DNA of 61,791 bases, the filler included, from Choristocarpus tenellus KU-1152 (taxonomy: Eukaryota; Protista; Phaeophyceae), in the NCBI GenBank assembly GCA_964200185.2. It is 11 parts of 11 records of this genome, joined end to end, with 100 filler letters (N's around TTAATTAATTAA, not from the genome) between each part and the next. Parts side by side here need not be neighbours in the genome. Positions count along the whole stretch, not along the records: positions 26,439 to 29,789 come from CAXNAD020020620.1; positions 29,890 to 32,416 come from CAXNAD020027048.1; positions 32,517 to 37,773 come from CAXNAD020011339.1; positions 37,874 to 47,599 come from CAXNAD020003452.1; 7 more parts are not named here. The stretch is one strand, 5' to 3'. Shown piece after piece: positions 26,440-37,939 of the stretch (position 1 is the first letter of the stretch; each line of letters begins with the position of its first letter). The position numbers were made by a program, and so were the translations under genes. The notes beneath the pieces are model-generated. The model made no database searches. It was not told where the DNA came from and saw only the letters and a program-made list of their open reading frames with translations.

Positions 26440-29400
26440 AATTTTGGGTCAAGCCCATCCTCAATGAAAAGCTCCATCCTAAATTTTTGAAATCGGCTGT
26501 TATAAGCATCACCAGACTGGGGAGAACAAGGTGAGTGCAGCATCCATCAAGGGACCACTGAGTGACAATCTTATATGCTTCATTAGAGTCCTTACCAGGG
26601 ACAAACTCAATGAGCAACATAATATGAAAATTTTATCCCATCCAACAGAATTAAATGCCCTTCAAATGTAAACATTTGAACACTCTGCTCTGGTCTGTTA
26701 TAGTTCAACCTGAGCTTTTCAAGGTTTTGTTTGGTTCGAGATTAGTAGTCGGACAAAGCACACACAACAATAGCCACAAAATTGAATTACTAATAGCACA
26801 TCCTCATCTACAAGATAGATAAGTCCCTAGTCTCTACAAGGTACATCTCGATATATGATTGCATGTTTGTACTAACCCTCCTCCTCCCTCTAGTACTTTG
26901 TATCACCTACCGAATGCCGTACAATCTCGGTCTGTCACTCCCTCATCATGGCCTGCAGTAAATTCATGCACCTCTTGGGAGGATATAAATTGTTTTGTCA
27001 CGATGAAACTCTTTTTTGTCAACAAGAGATGAAGGAGGACAGTGGCTAACACCCCACACGCACAAGGAAGGGATATATATATATACTGATTACCTTACAA
27101 CACGATACAGTGTCATCAAAGGTGCCACCTTGACATCATGAGCTGATACCTCCTGAAATTTATTGCAAAACCAGAAATGGGTACCTTGCAAAGGATACAA
27201 ATCACTATTACCTAATAGGTTTGAACAAAAGAGAAGAGAAATACAAAGACAAAGACAAAGACAAAACCGTCTATTTCCTCAGCATTAGCTCAAACCTCTT
27301 CTGGTGTACCTGGCACAGACCATGACGAACTGAGGTTGGTTAACCCTAACCCTAACTCATTATAGAAGAAAATAAACACGTAATGTATTTGAAGTGAGGA
27401 GATGGGTGAGAGATATGTTGAAGTTCGATGACAGGTAGTATGGTCCGAGTTGAGATATCAACTCATAGTGAATCCTAGTGTAAGTTTAAGTCACACCACA
27501 CCTCAGTGCTGGAGTCGTATTGTAAATTAAACCGTTGGGATCAAGGATTTACGAGGCTGAAGTGAAAATGGTCAAGTTAATTTCCATTTTTAGGCCACTT
27601 ACAGGCCTCCTCCTATTGGTTGCAACGTTTTGGGAGGCCAAGGCTAACAATAACTAACTTGGAAGATTCCTCATCAAACAATGGCACTGCCACTATGACA
27701 GATCTTTTCACCCTCATGCTTAACCTGAAGACGTTATTTCTCTGCCATTTAAAGCTTTTAACATCCAGGCAAAGAGATTTCTGGATATGAGTGAGGGACT
27801 GAAGTTGTTGGTGGTACAGGAACAGAGGGGTTCAGCAGGAATGGAGTAAGTAGCGAAGGGACACCTGTCTAGCCAGCGACAGCAAGCCGTTGGAATCCCA
27901 GAACCCCTTGCAAAGATCTTCTCTCGCCCAAATGCCTCAGAAAGAAATAGACTTTGTAATTGAGTATTGGTTTAATGATAGTTCTCGTGTTTCCTGTGCA
28001 CTTGTATTGATTTTTGGCCATTAAACTAACGAAAATACTGCATTTCAATGAAACTCTACAATGGAATGTTGCAGTTTCTGGAATGGAATTACATCTCGCC
28101 AGACCAATTTTGAAAAGGGACTTTGGAAATCTCTGCTAAACTGAAACCCTATAGTACCGTTGTCCTATCCGATATTCGTACAGGTACATAAGAAATGAAA
28201 GTCACAGAGATACCTAACACCGCATTCCTCATCTCTCAACAACAGTCAACGTATACACGAGACGGTGGTGTTAAACAACAAGTGGAACAATCAGCTTGGC
28301 AATAAAACGTCCAACATATCGAAGCCCTTGACATCCAAAGTGACGGCATAAGCCCCACTGACTACTCCCCTAAGAAAATCTACATAATAGTAGGCAACAC
28401 TAGTGCAACGTAGTAGTACGGAGAGGTGTTTCAAGGATCGTCACCTCTCCATCTAAGCAAGTGTGCATCAACAGCTTACACCCCACCCAAATATGTGCTT
28501 TGATATGTACTCCCGATGAAGTTCAGGAAGTATCTCCCCCATTCCTAAACACCCTGACTTGTAAGGACGAGCATTGTCACCACCATGAACAAGACCTTCC
28601 TCAAAAACCTGCAATAAAAAATAAGATGAACAAAACCCAATTCCCAACCCAAATCTACCTAATCTTCCATACATGAGAGCTGAAGTCGAACCACGACCTT
28701 TTCTTGACAATATTTCTCAATGCAATTGCTGCACTTCTCAAGGAAACTTTAATCCAGTGTCTTAACTATCAGTGCCATACAGTGTCTACAGGTGGAATAC
28801 GTACACAAAAATGTACACATATTACCAGTCCAGCAACAAGGAGCATGGCAAATCTTTATATAAAATCAAACAAAGATCCCCTAACAGTACTACCACACCT
28901 CTGCTCTCACTAATTCTACACATACTCAGCAAATGCAACAACAACAAAAAAAAAACTTAGCTCCTGTGGCACGAATGACTAATTGAGCAGCAGAATGATT
29001 AATTGTACTCAAATATGACACAAACTAATTTGGAGTCGGGCACACAAAGTGGTAACAAGATGCATGGATAAGCAAGATGGGAGGTGATCCACTGATCAAT
29101 GCACAAAAGGGAACATGTGGGTAGTAACATTGTGAGGGAGGCCGAGATTGGGAAAAGACGCCAAAATCACTCCATCTAGAATTGTTAACCCATGGAAAGC
29201 AACACCCTAAACCATCACCTCGCACTCACCCATCAACCCTCCTCCCAACATATAGAGACCCCCCACGCCTTCCCCACCACAATTCTCTCCTCCATTGTTC
29301 CCCCATCCCGCCTTGCAGGCCAAACCCATCCAGCTAGTGACCACCTCCACCGTAGTGGACAAGAAGAGTACCAAGATGAAGCTTAATCTCATATATTGAG
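26440..29400 (-). CDS. Internal exons of an unidentified multi-exon gene
   Basis: Splice-bounded blocks such as TTGCAG|VFEEGLVHGGD...HIFGWG|GTAAGC (28480-28608) and TTTCAG|EVSAHDVKVAPLMTLYRVVR|GTAATC (~27094-27152), plus 29207-29385 and 26440-26620. Confidence 0.45.
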
Positions 29401-30132
29401 CCAAGCTATTCCACTGGGGTAGTCATTCATGCGTCTGTCCGTTCCAGTGGAATGCTGCATTCCTCCATCTTTAGTATTGTGCAGATAGTCTTGGCTAGCA
29501 ATTAACCTTGCCAGCTTGAACGTGTCAGGGATATACAGAGATAGGCACATGAATACGGATATGTGGATTAGGTTTATACAGATATCCCCTGTACACAAAG
29601 GTTGGGAAACGAATGGGTACCCATAGTCACAGAATATCACTGTAGAGAGGTTGAAAACTCACGTGTGACAAGGACGACAAAAAGCTATTCTCACCACAAT
29701 TTGTAGGAGTTGGTCTCCAATCACAGGTGAGACCCAATGTATCTGGGGGGGGGGGGGGGCTACCCCAGTATGTCCATTTGGAACATAACNNNNNNNNNNN
29801 NNNNNNNNNNNNNNNNNNNNNNNNNNNNNNNNNTTAATTAATTAANNNNNNNNNNNNNNNNNNNNNNNNNNNNNNNNNNNNNNNNNNNNCCGATGATTAT
29901 CTTCGCCACCCTTGCCTGAGTGAACCACGCCGCCACAGAATCACACGATTCACACTTACACATTTTGTAGATGTGTCAGTCGAAGAGCCAATTCAATATC
30001 GTAAGAACCCCTCCCAAACAAAGTACGCTTTTCCTAAATGTGGTAATCGAATCATTTTGTGCACACAAAGTTCATCCAGGTAAGGGTCGTGAATCGCTAC
30101 AGTGTTGGCAGTTGCCTCAAGGATGAGATCAG

Positions 30133-30431
30133 TCTTGATTTTTTTTCAAAGGGTTGGGCAACGAGTTAAACAACGATGAGCATATCAAATGAAAGCTCTG
30201 GATCAAATATATCACTGGTGCAAAGGAATTTTTTGGGAATTTTTTTGGTAAGGTTAAGTTTTAGGGGAATGGTTTCGGTACAACCTTGGAAATGTTCCGG
30301 AATTAATCATCACGACCAAACATATTTTCCGAAACAATTCCTTTGGACCAGTGATGCCTTAGATCCAGAGCTTTCATTTGATGTGCTGATCGTCGATTAA
30401 CTCGTTCGCCAACCTTTTCAAAAAAATCAAG
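30133..30431. mobile_element. Foldback MITE with ~110-bp imperfect TIRs
   Basis: TCTTGATTTTTTT...GGTTGG...GCATATCAAATGAAAGCTCTGGATC...CACTGGT.CAAAGGAATT pairs with AATTCCTTTGGACCAGTG...GATCCAGAGCTTTCATTTGATGTGC...CCAACC...AAAAAAATCAAGA. Confidence 0.85.
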
Positions 30432-31439
30432 AGTGGTAACCACCAAAACGGTACGTGGGCGAGCCTCGGCTTAATACGGTTTAAGCCACTCCAGAGCAAT
30501 TGTGGAGAGGTTCTTTTCAGGATGAATATTGCTTGCCACCTGATATATTCCAACGAGAAAGGCATGGAGTGCATCAAATTGGACAGGGTATACAAGACCT
30601 TTAAGTCTCACAGGAGGCCTGCACCTTCAGAATGCCTCATTTGACTTGGCACGGATTGTCTGGTTCAGAGGCCTAGGCCCCCATGAGTGAGCCTTAACCA
30701 GCAGGTGGCATCATCGCATAAACGGGAAAGAATGGAAAGAGAGTGGAGAGACAATATCAACGTCCATTTCTCCGGGGGGTGAAGATGACCTCATCAGGCG
30801 TCATTTTCATCCTTAAGAGCGCAGTTAGCGCGCGCCTTGCGCGCGGATCACTTGATTTTAGTATGGTCCTGTGTTTCTCACGATTATTGTAAGTTGACCG
30901 ACCGAGACCCATCAAATAAGATTAGGCATGCTGATGCGATCACAACAACTAGTTTTCATGAAAAAAATTGCTGTGGATCAAAAGTTATGGCACGACAAAG
31001 TTGATGATGCAGGAGGCGACTGCCAACACTATACGGAAGACAGACCAGACAGATCAAAACGAACTGCAACCAACAATACGAGGTCAAGTTTGGAAAAGTT
31101 TAAAGACTGTAGAGAAGTGTCGAAAATTCCTTAGAGATGAGGATGTGATAAGGGGATCATCAGAATGTCCAGACAAAACATCAAAGTGACTTTCCCTCAA
31201 CACATCTCCAAAATGTTAGTGTACATAATAATGCAATAATATACAAAAGAAGCTTTGATGTTTGACATCTCTCATCGAAGAGATGTCCCCTTACTTGTGG
31301 AATTGGTCTTCAAAACATTCCACACCTCATGAACATCGAAAAAGGAACCTCAACTGGTATAGTGGTATAGGTCATACACCAATAATGATATGATAGCAGA
31401 GAACCCTGCTTTCCACATACAAAAATAGTTATATAACTT

Positions 31440-31800
31440 CAACACCTTCACAATGAAGAGCTTTGGGCGCCTCAATAAGCAAGAAGAAAGTGTTCTGGAT
31501 GACCTAGCCACGCATGTGGTAGGGGGGAGGGGCAGGAGGCTACAGCAGAAAAGGGGCGGTCAAATCCCGTCTATACCAGATATTCTCAGTCACAACTCAA
31601 GTAACCCTATCTAGACGTGTCATGAGCTTGAAGTTGGAAACAACAAGGATATGGGCAACGAGGGCCTTGTTATATTGTTGGGATGCTTCCCTAGCTCCTC
31701 GCCCTGGGGTACAGGACTAAGTTAGGTTGGAGGCACAGAAAGGCAGTGGTACAGCATAGCTGGTAGTAAAATAGTAAATAGATTAATTTCACATTTTACG
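31440..31800 (+). mobile_element. 3' end of a decayed non-LTR retrotransposon (restriction-like endonuclease C-terminus)
   Basis: Translates as FTMKSFGRLNKQEESVLDDLATHVVGG.../KSRLYQIFSVTTQVTLSRRV, matching the ESFGRLG...VISVTTQVAISRRV pattern recalled from brown-algal LINEs. Confidence 0.7.
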
Positions 31801-32516
31801 TAACTTTTCAAGGGATCTTTCTGACATGTGAATAGATTTCGTTGTTTTTTCCCTGAACACACCTGGAAAATGTCAGAGAGCATAATAATAAAATACTACC
31901 TCCGTGCCATAAGTCTGTGCCGCGTTGTCCATAACTTTTGAAGATGACGAAATCCGTTTTTGAAACAAGATTTGGGATCCTTGACGAATTTCTGGTTAGG
32001 GTCAGTTATTTTTATTATTATTACTTCTCATCCATCACAATTTTATCAGCCACATAAAAAGCATCCATGTATACCTTCGGCATGTTTTCAAGCTCACCAG
32101 ACAACTGCCTCTTCCTTACCCCTGTGTGTTCCACACTGAATTCATTCCCCCCTTTGTATCTAAGTACTTGTTTGTACACCACAAAAATGAGTTGTCAAGC
32201 CCTCTCAAGTGTGGTTTCATCATACTTCTCATACTGTTTCTTAATGGCATTTACCATCTCCTCGACAGACCCAACCGCTCCCCCATCACCCGGCATTTCA
32301 AAGATCTGAAGAAGCACAGATCCATGGTATTGAGGTCAGGGGAGCTAGATGGCTGCGTCACAAGCCTAATCAACCACGCCTCAGTCTTCCCTGCCCCTGA
32401 CAAAATTTCTGAGTTGNNNNNNNNNNNNNNNNNNNNNNNNNNNNNNNNNNNNNNNNNNNNTTAATTAATTAANNNNNNNNNNNNNNNNNNNNNNNNNNNN
32501 NNNNNNNNNNNNNNNN

Positions 32517-35500
32517 CTGCCTTTCTTCATGGAGACGAGGTTTCCATCGTTCGCCGATGTCAAGGTAGCACGAGGCCAACCCTGTCGATGGGAGTCAGCT
32601 TCTTCCTTGTTGCTGTCCGATGAGGAAGAGTCTGTTTCGTCGAGCCCGCCGAGATCATTGTCACCGCTGATGATATTATCTCCTCCACCCAAGCGTTCAC
32701 CCTGACCGGTGTCTTCGACGTCGCTGGCACCAGTTCCAGCGCCATTGTCATCGGTGGGAAGCCAATGGACAGGGAGGTCGAACTCTCGTTCCCTTGTCTT
32801 TCTGAGAAGCCGCACAGACTCGCTTTGCTCGTGGTTTGCTCTCTGAATGGCTTCATGATCTGCGAAGGTGGAATCCATGAGCATGAGAACATCGACGGTA
32901 TGGAAGCATGAATGTTACTTTGTAAGCAGGCGTGAGGTTTCACGAATGCGCTCGGGGAGCATGCAGTGTGAGGGAGGGTGTATTTTTCGTCGGATTCGTG
33001 TCTGTTGAGTACAAGACCGGTTCCCTCAAAACATTTATCGGGGTAATCTATGGTACTTTTTATTGTAACATGCGACGATCACTACACAGGAGAATGGAAA
33101 ATGTTTTGATATTCTTTTTGAAAAGGGGATAAAGGCTACCTCTTACAGAAGTTGCACCTGATTTTTTTGGCTGCCACCGAATACAAAAATTAGCTATCAA
33201 CTCTCCTCACGAAAAAATCACTTACCCGGTGGGTACGCAGCAGGGAGGCGCTCGTGCAACGCCTGGTACCGCTGGTCCACCTTCAGGATGACGTCTTCGG
33301 GAACGCTCTTGAGCTGGTAGGGTGGTGCATCTTGGATACGAGGTGGGTGGCCGATGAAGAGGTCGTGCAGAGGGGCGTTGGGATCGATAACAAGGTCTAC
33401 GTCTATCCCACTCCATTCGGTGCTGTGCATGTATGGCTTAACGCTAACCTTAACCCGCCCATCACCGCCTTTTTCAATGCGAAAGGCCCTGTAGCTCGCG
33501 ATGTTCGGGACACGGTTGACGCAACCGCCAAGGAGTCCCTTGAAGTTGCCCTCGTTTCGTAGGGTCTTCTAGTAGACTGGAACCTCCGTGTCAGAGGCCT
33601 GCAGCTCTTCACCCAGCTGTTTTCTTGCGAATATGTTCTTGCCTTTGATACCACGTGCAAACCTGAAGGTGAAATGCAAGCAAATTAGTCTTGAGGCGGG
33701 GGCGAAAGAAACGAAGTGGAGAAGCGAGATACTTATGCAGGCACATGCACCGATGCCTGTATATGGAAGTATAAATGTAAGAAGGGGTGATGCGTACATT
33801 TTTTTTTTTTGTTGTACAGTAGGTTACGAAACAGTTTTGGCACCTGCTCTAATCGTTCAATTTTTTGGTGCGGAAATCAAAAGCCAATCAATCAATTACG
33901 GTGTATGACCATATCCCATACATGGATGCAACAAGCGTGAGCCGCTAGCCTCGAGGTAGTATCTGTCCGTATGAAAACACTATGTGGCTATCGCACTTGC
34001 ATATCTTGCCTAATTACCTGGAGAAGATATGATCGATTTTGATGTGCGTGTGCCACCATCATAAAATGTATCTCGACCACACGAATGTTACTCGCCGCGA
34101 CCAACAGCCCCGCATATCCGAGAAAGAAATTGTTCTTGTTCTATGAGACGCAGTTGTCGACCTGGCCAGTTTGGGGAGTCGGGAGGGAGGGAGTGATAGG
34201 CGTGAGGCCGATATGTCAGACCATTTCGCCGCGTTTCGTGGAGGAACAGTGTATGTTTCCAGTACTGCCAGAGCACAAGGTCTACATCACCGCCATCATA
34301 CATGCAACAAGCAACACACTAACCAAAACTAAAGACTGTGCAGTTAGAGTTTTGGTGACCGATATCCAGCGAGTATGTGTTGAGTAGGTCGTGTGAAGAT
34401 GAAACTTTCTTACCTGCCAATGCGCGTGCTGGATGATGTGACTCCCCGCGTGATCGAGACTGTTGTGGTACTTGTCGATAAGCCTTGTGAGGGCAAGGTG
34501 GGTGGCTGTGCAGACAAGGTTACAACCTGCGCGAACGATGATGTCCGTCGTTAGTTGGCAAATAGTACTCTGCTTACTTACGCATTGTATATTTGGAGCT
34601 AAAAAGAGGAGTAATGGAATTTGTTTTAGCAATGTAGAGCACATACGGCCGAGTGACTGATATACGTGTGTGTGGGTTTCCCTCCTCCGTTGATTAGCTC
34701 TTACGTTCCTCTCGTCCTAACCCTAAGCTGATGCGTAGGATGGCAGGGGAGCACAGTGCATAATCAGTTAATCGACTGTTCACTAGGGCTGCGGTATCTA
34801 TAGGCACATGGTGTAAGGATGTACTCGTCCTCGAGTATCTAATCTTAGGCAGGTCCACTCGCCACGACGGAAAACCAAGTGGTGCGTGTGCAACAATCAT
34901 CTATTCAGTCATGTGATTGTTTGCCACGACCAACATTACGTACCTCCTCCAAGATTGATAGAAGTGAAGAACACCTCTGCGAACTGGCCTTCAACGTGTG
35001 CGGCAAAGATTTTCGGGCGCTCGGAGTAGCCCCTGATAAGAAGGACATGAATCAAGAATCGTGTAAGGAAAGGTTCTACGGTGCATTGTCATCATGACGA
35101 TCGGAATAGGTGGTGGAATTATGTGAGTATGTTTTGGCGGTTATTTCTTGTGACTTTGCACTCATTCGTAGAATAAGACAGGGTCATCTATTCTGTTCTG
35201 CATGCGGCTGCAGACTTGTTGTCAGATGGACTATGCGTGCGTGTGGTTACCTGTTACACTCGTGGGTAGATGGTAAAGTGCTGGGAGGGCGTGTGCTGTC
35301 TGGTTCGCGGCATCTACGGACATGAACACGAACCCGAGAGGTTTACCGTTGGCTTTGGCCCGCATGGCGCTGCTGGTGCTGTTGGCAATGACCAGCCGAT
35401 CCGCTTTGATAATCTGGCGAATGGGGGAGGGCAACATTATGTCTGTAAATCAAATAAATCTGATCAGAGTTGTAAAAAAATGGCCACTTGTTAACACGTA

Positions 35501-37523
35501 TGAGGTTAGTAAGAAAATGGAGTGTAGGTAACAATAAATACTTTGGATATGTTTTTTAATGCTGCGTTCAATACAAACACAGTATTACTGGGATTGTCAG
35601 AAGCACGTTCGTACGGGGCCTGAGAAGCCGCTACAGTAGTGCCTGTCCCTCCTACATCCTGTTGTACACGACCAGGAAGCAGTCTATCATATAACGTGTG
35701 TGGGCAGTTAATAAGAACGTTTTTGCGGTGAATGGGGGTTAGGCTGCTGCCATTAGCACCTGCGTGGGAGTCTTCATTCGCAAACGGAAACATATGCTCT
35801 TCCCAATGGAGGGCAATGACGGCGACATGTTGGCACTGTACGCTTGTTGCAAAATTAACGCTGGACACATACCTCTCGATGTTCTGACAGCTCCTTGTCG
35901 ATGGCCTCGAGGACGGTGGAGTCGTTCGTGGGTTTTACACCAGGCACACCGTGACGCTTCTCTTTTAAGGTGACACATAGGTCACGTTTCATAAACTCGC
36001 CTCCTACCCTCACCCTGATGCTGGGCCTCTCCTCTCTGAACAACCGGAGGAAGTGCACCTTGCTTACCCACTTGGAAGGGTCGTCAGGATACACTCGTAT
36101 TGCCTCTTTGTAAAAATCCTTGTATAGCTCCTAATGAAAAAGGTTGGTTGTGTGGGAAAGTGATGAGTTATTGAGCAGGAACACTCGAAGAACACCCCTG
36201 GAAGATCTGACCAATAACTTGACCCTACCAATGTCAGAACGGGACCGGGGCCACATAGTATGTGTACACAGCGTCGAAATAACAGTTACTGTGCCTTCCT
36301 TCATAAAAGCGACGAAGATTATCATCATCATCATTGTATCCTAGACATAGCAAACGAAAAAAATAGCCCTTGGTACGAATCTTCACATGTTCTTTCAACC
36401 TTAATATCAGACCGGTTCAAGTAGTGAACATCCTCCAACCCAGGATGCGACCAACCTCTCCACCACCAAGGGCAAAACCTACCTCTTTGTTTGCGGCGTA
36501 GATCACAATTGTGGGCTTGTGAGGCATGAACTGCCCGTATGTATCAGCCCAGTAGTCTATCCAGGACGTCATCATGTATCACTTCGAACCCATGTCCTTA
36601 TCTTCCCTCGTGCCGCTCCTATTGTAGTAACGCACGTATGTATATAAATGGATGGGAGATGTGTTAGAGGTGGATGTGGGGGACAGGGGATGGAATTCTA
36701 GAAGGATCGTATGCCAGCAGCGAAACTCTAATTCTTTAGATATTTACGCGTGGTGACAGCTGCAGCAGTGCGGGGATGGCCGGATGATATGATATTGTTG
36801 AAGCATAAAAAAACATATCGCACTTGTACATACACACACATAGGCAACACATTACTCCACGCTGGAGGCATCTCTAACTTGTATATCAGATATCTAGGCA
36901 TGGTAACTGCAAAGTGAAGGTGGTGAGTATGGTCGGATGATATTGTTCTCAGATAGGACTACTGTTCAATCATCAAGTAGGGTGGAAAATTTACCGGGTA
37001 CAAGTAACACCGTGTACATACATCAAAACTACCTATCCATGCTGGTGGATGCTCTTGAGCTAGGTGAGCCTTTGCAAGCGTCGATCACACGATTAGATAT
37101 CCCGAACGATGCCTTGAAAAACTTAGTGCAAACGGGAATGCCGGCAGCGAACGTAGATCCACTTCCAGGTGGCAACTTAATCACAGGTACATGGTCCCCA
37201 ACGAAGTTCTTGCGATCCTGGCGGTTCTTACACGCCCGTATGATGTCCTGCTCCTTGGCCAACGTGCGTGTAAGGAAGAACTCGCCATCTGCCGCGAACT
37301 TCTTCACACAGGCTAAGCCCTCGCAGCAATGACGCTGTTCGTTGACAGGGATGGGTTCAACCCATCGTCGGTGAAGCTTGGCGCTGGTCGCTGAAGCGTC
37401 ATTGATTGTAAGCTCCAGCGTGTCATTGTTGGCGGGCTGGTGAGGGGGCAACACAGGGGGAGAGGCAGGCGACAAAAGCCACCCCCTTGCTGTGGAAGCA
37501 ACTGTCATTGTGTTTTCGGGCAA
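32517..37523 (-). pseudogene. Intron-containing Sola2-like DDD transposase pseudogene; exons ~37523-37033, 36618-36483, 36130-35873, 35413-35251, 35032-34944, 34526-34414, 34161-34018, 33662-33226, ~32890-32517
   Basis: Motifs in order: VCTKFFKASFGIS; W...YGQFMPH; FLRLF...FMK(R)DLC; FMSVDAANQ...LP (D1); GCNL; WQ|VDNCVS*NKN (D2); FMMV-HTHIKIDHIFSR (D3); YRAFRI. GT-AG boundaries; 3 in-frame stops and ~2 frameshifts. Confidence 0.85.
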
Positions 37524-37714
37524 TAGGCGGTGTTGGGCAGTGAGAAGGTGTAGGAGTGATTAGATTCGAAGCCGTGCGTACCAACTTAGTTTGAGCCCCG
37601 GGCGGTCGGTGGGGCCACCCTGAGATCCCTCATCCTGAAAATCCGTGCATGACGCATTTTGGACATGCTTCATTGATTTCGTACTTTTCAAATATTCAGT
37701 AACCAACTTAGTTT

Positions 37715-37773
37715 GAGTCAAAGTATCTTAGAGGGTAGAGTCGCATCCATTTGGGGGTCAAAATCCAATGTTG
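37715..37773 (-). mobile_element. MITE family A, truncated by contig end
   Basis: GAGTCAAAGTATCTTAGAGGGTAGAG...TCCATTTGGGGGTCAAAATCCAATGTTG matches 1517-1575. Confidence 0.85.
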
Positions 37774-37939
37774 NNNNNNNNNNNNNNNNNNNNNNNNNNN
37801 NNNNNNNNNNNNNNNNNTTAATTAATTAANNNNNNNNNNNNNNNNNNNNNNNNNNNNNNNNNNNNNNNNNNNNTCTGACCGTTCCTTGCATTACTATACA
37901 ATGAGGACCTTCCCTGTCTACCGTGAAACCCCCCTCAGG

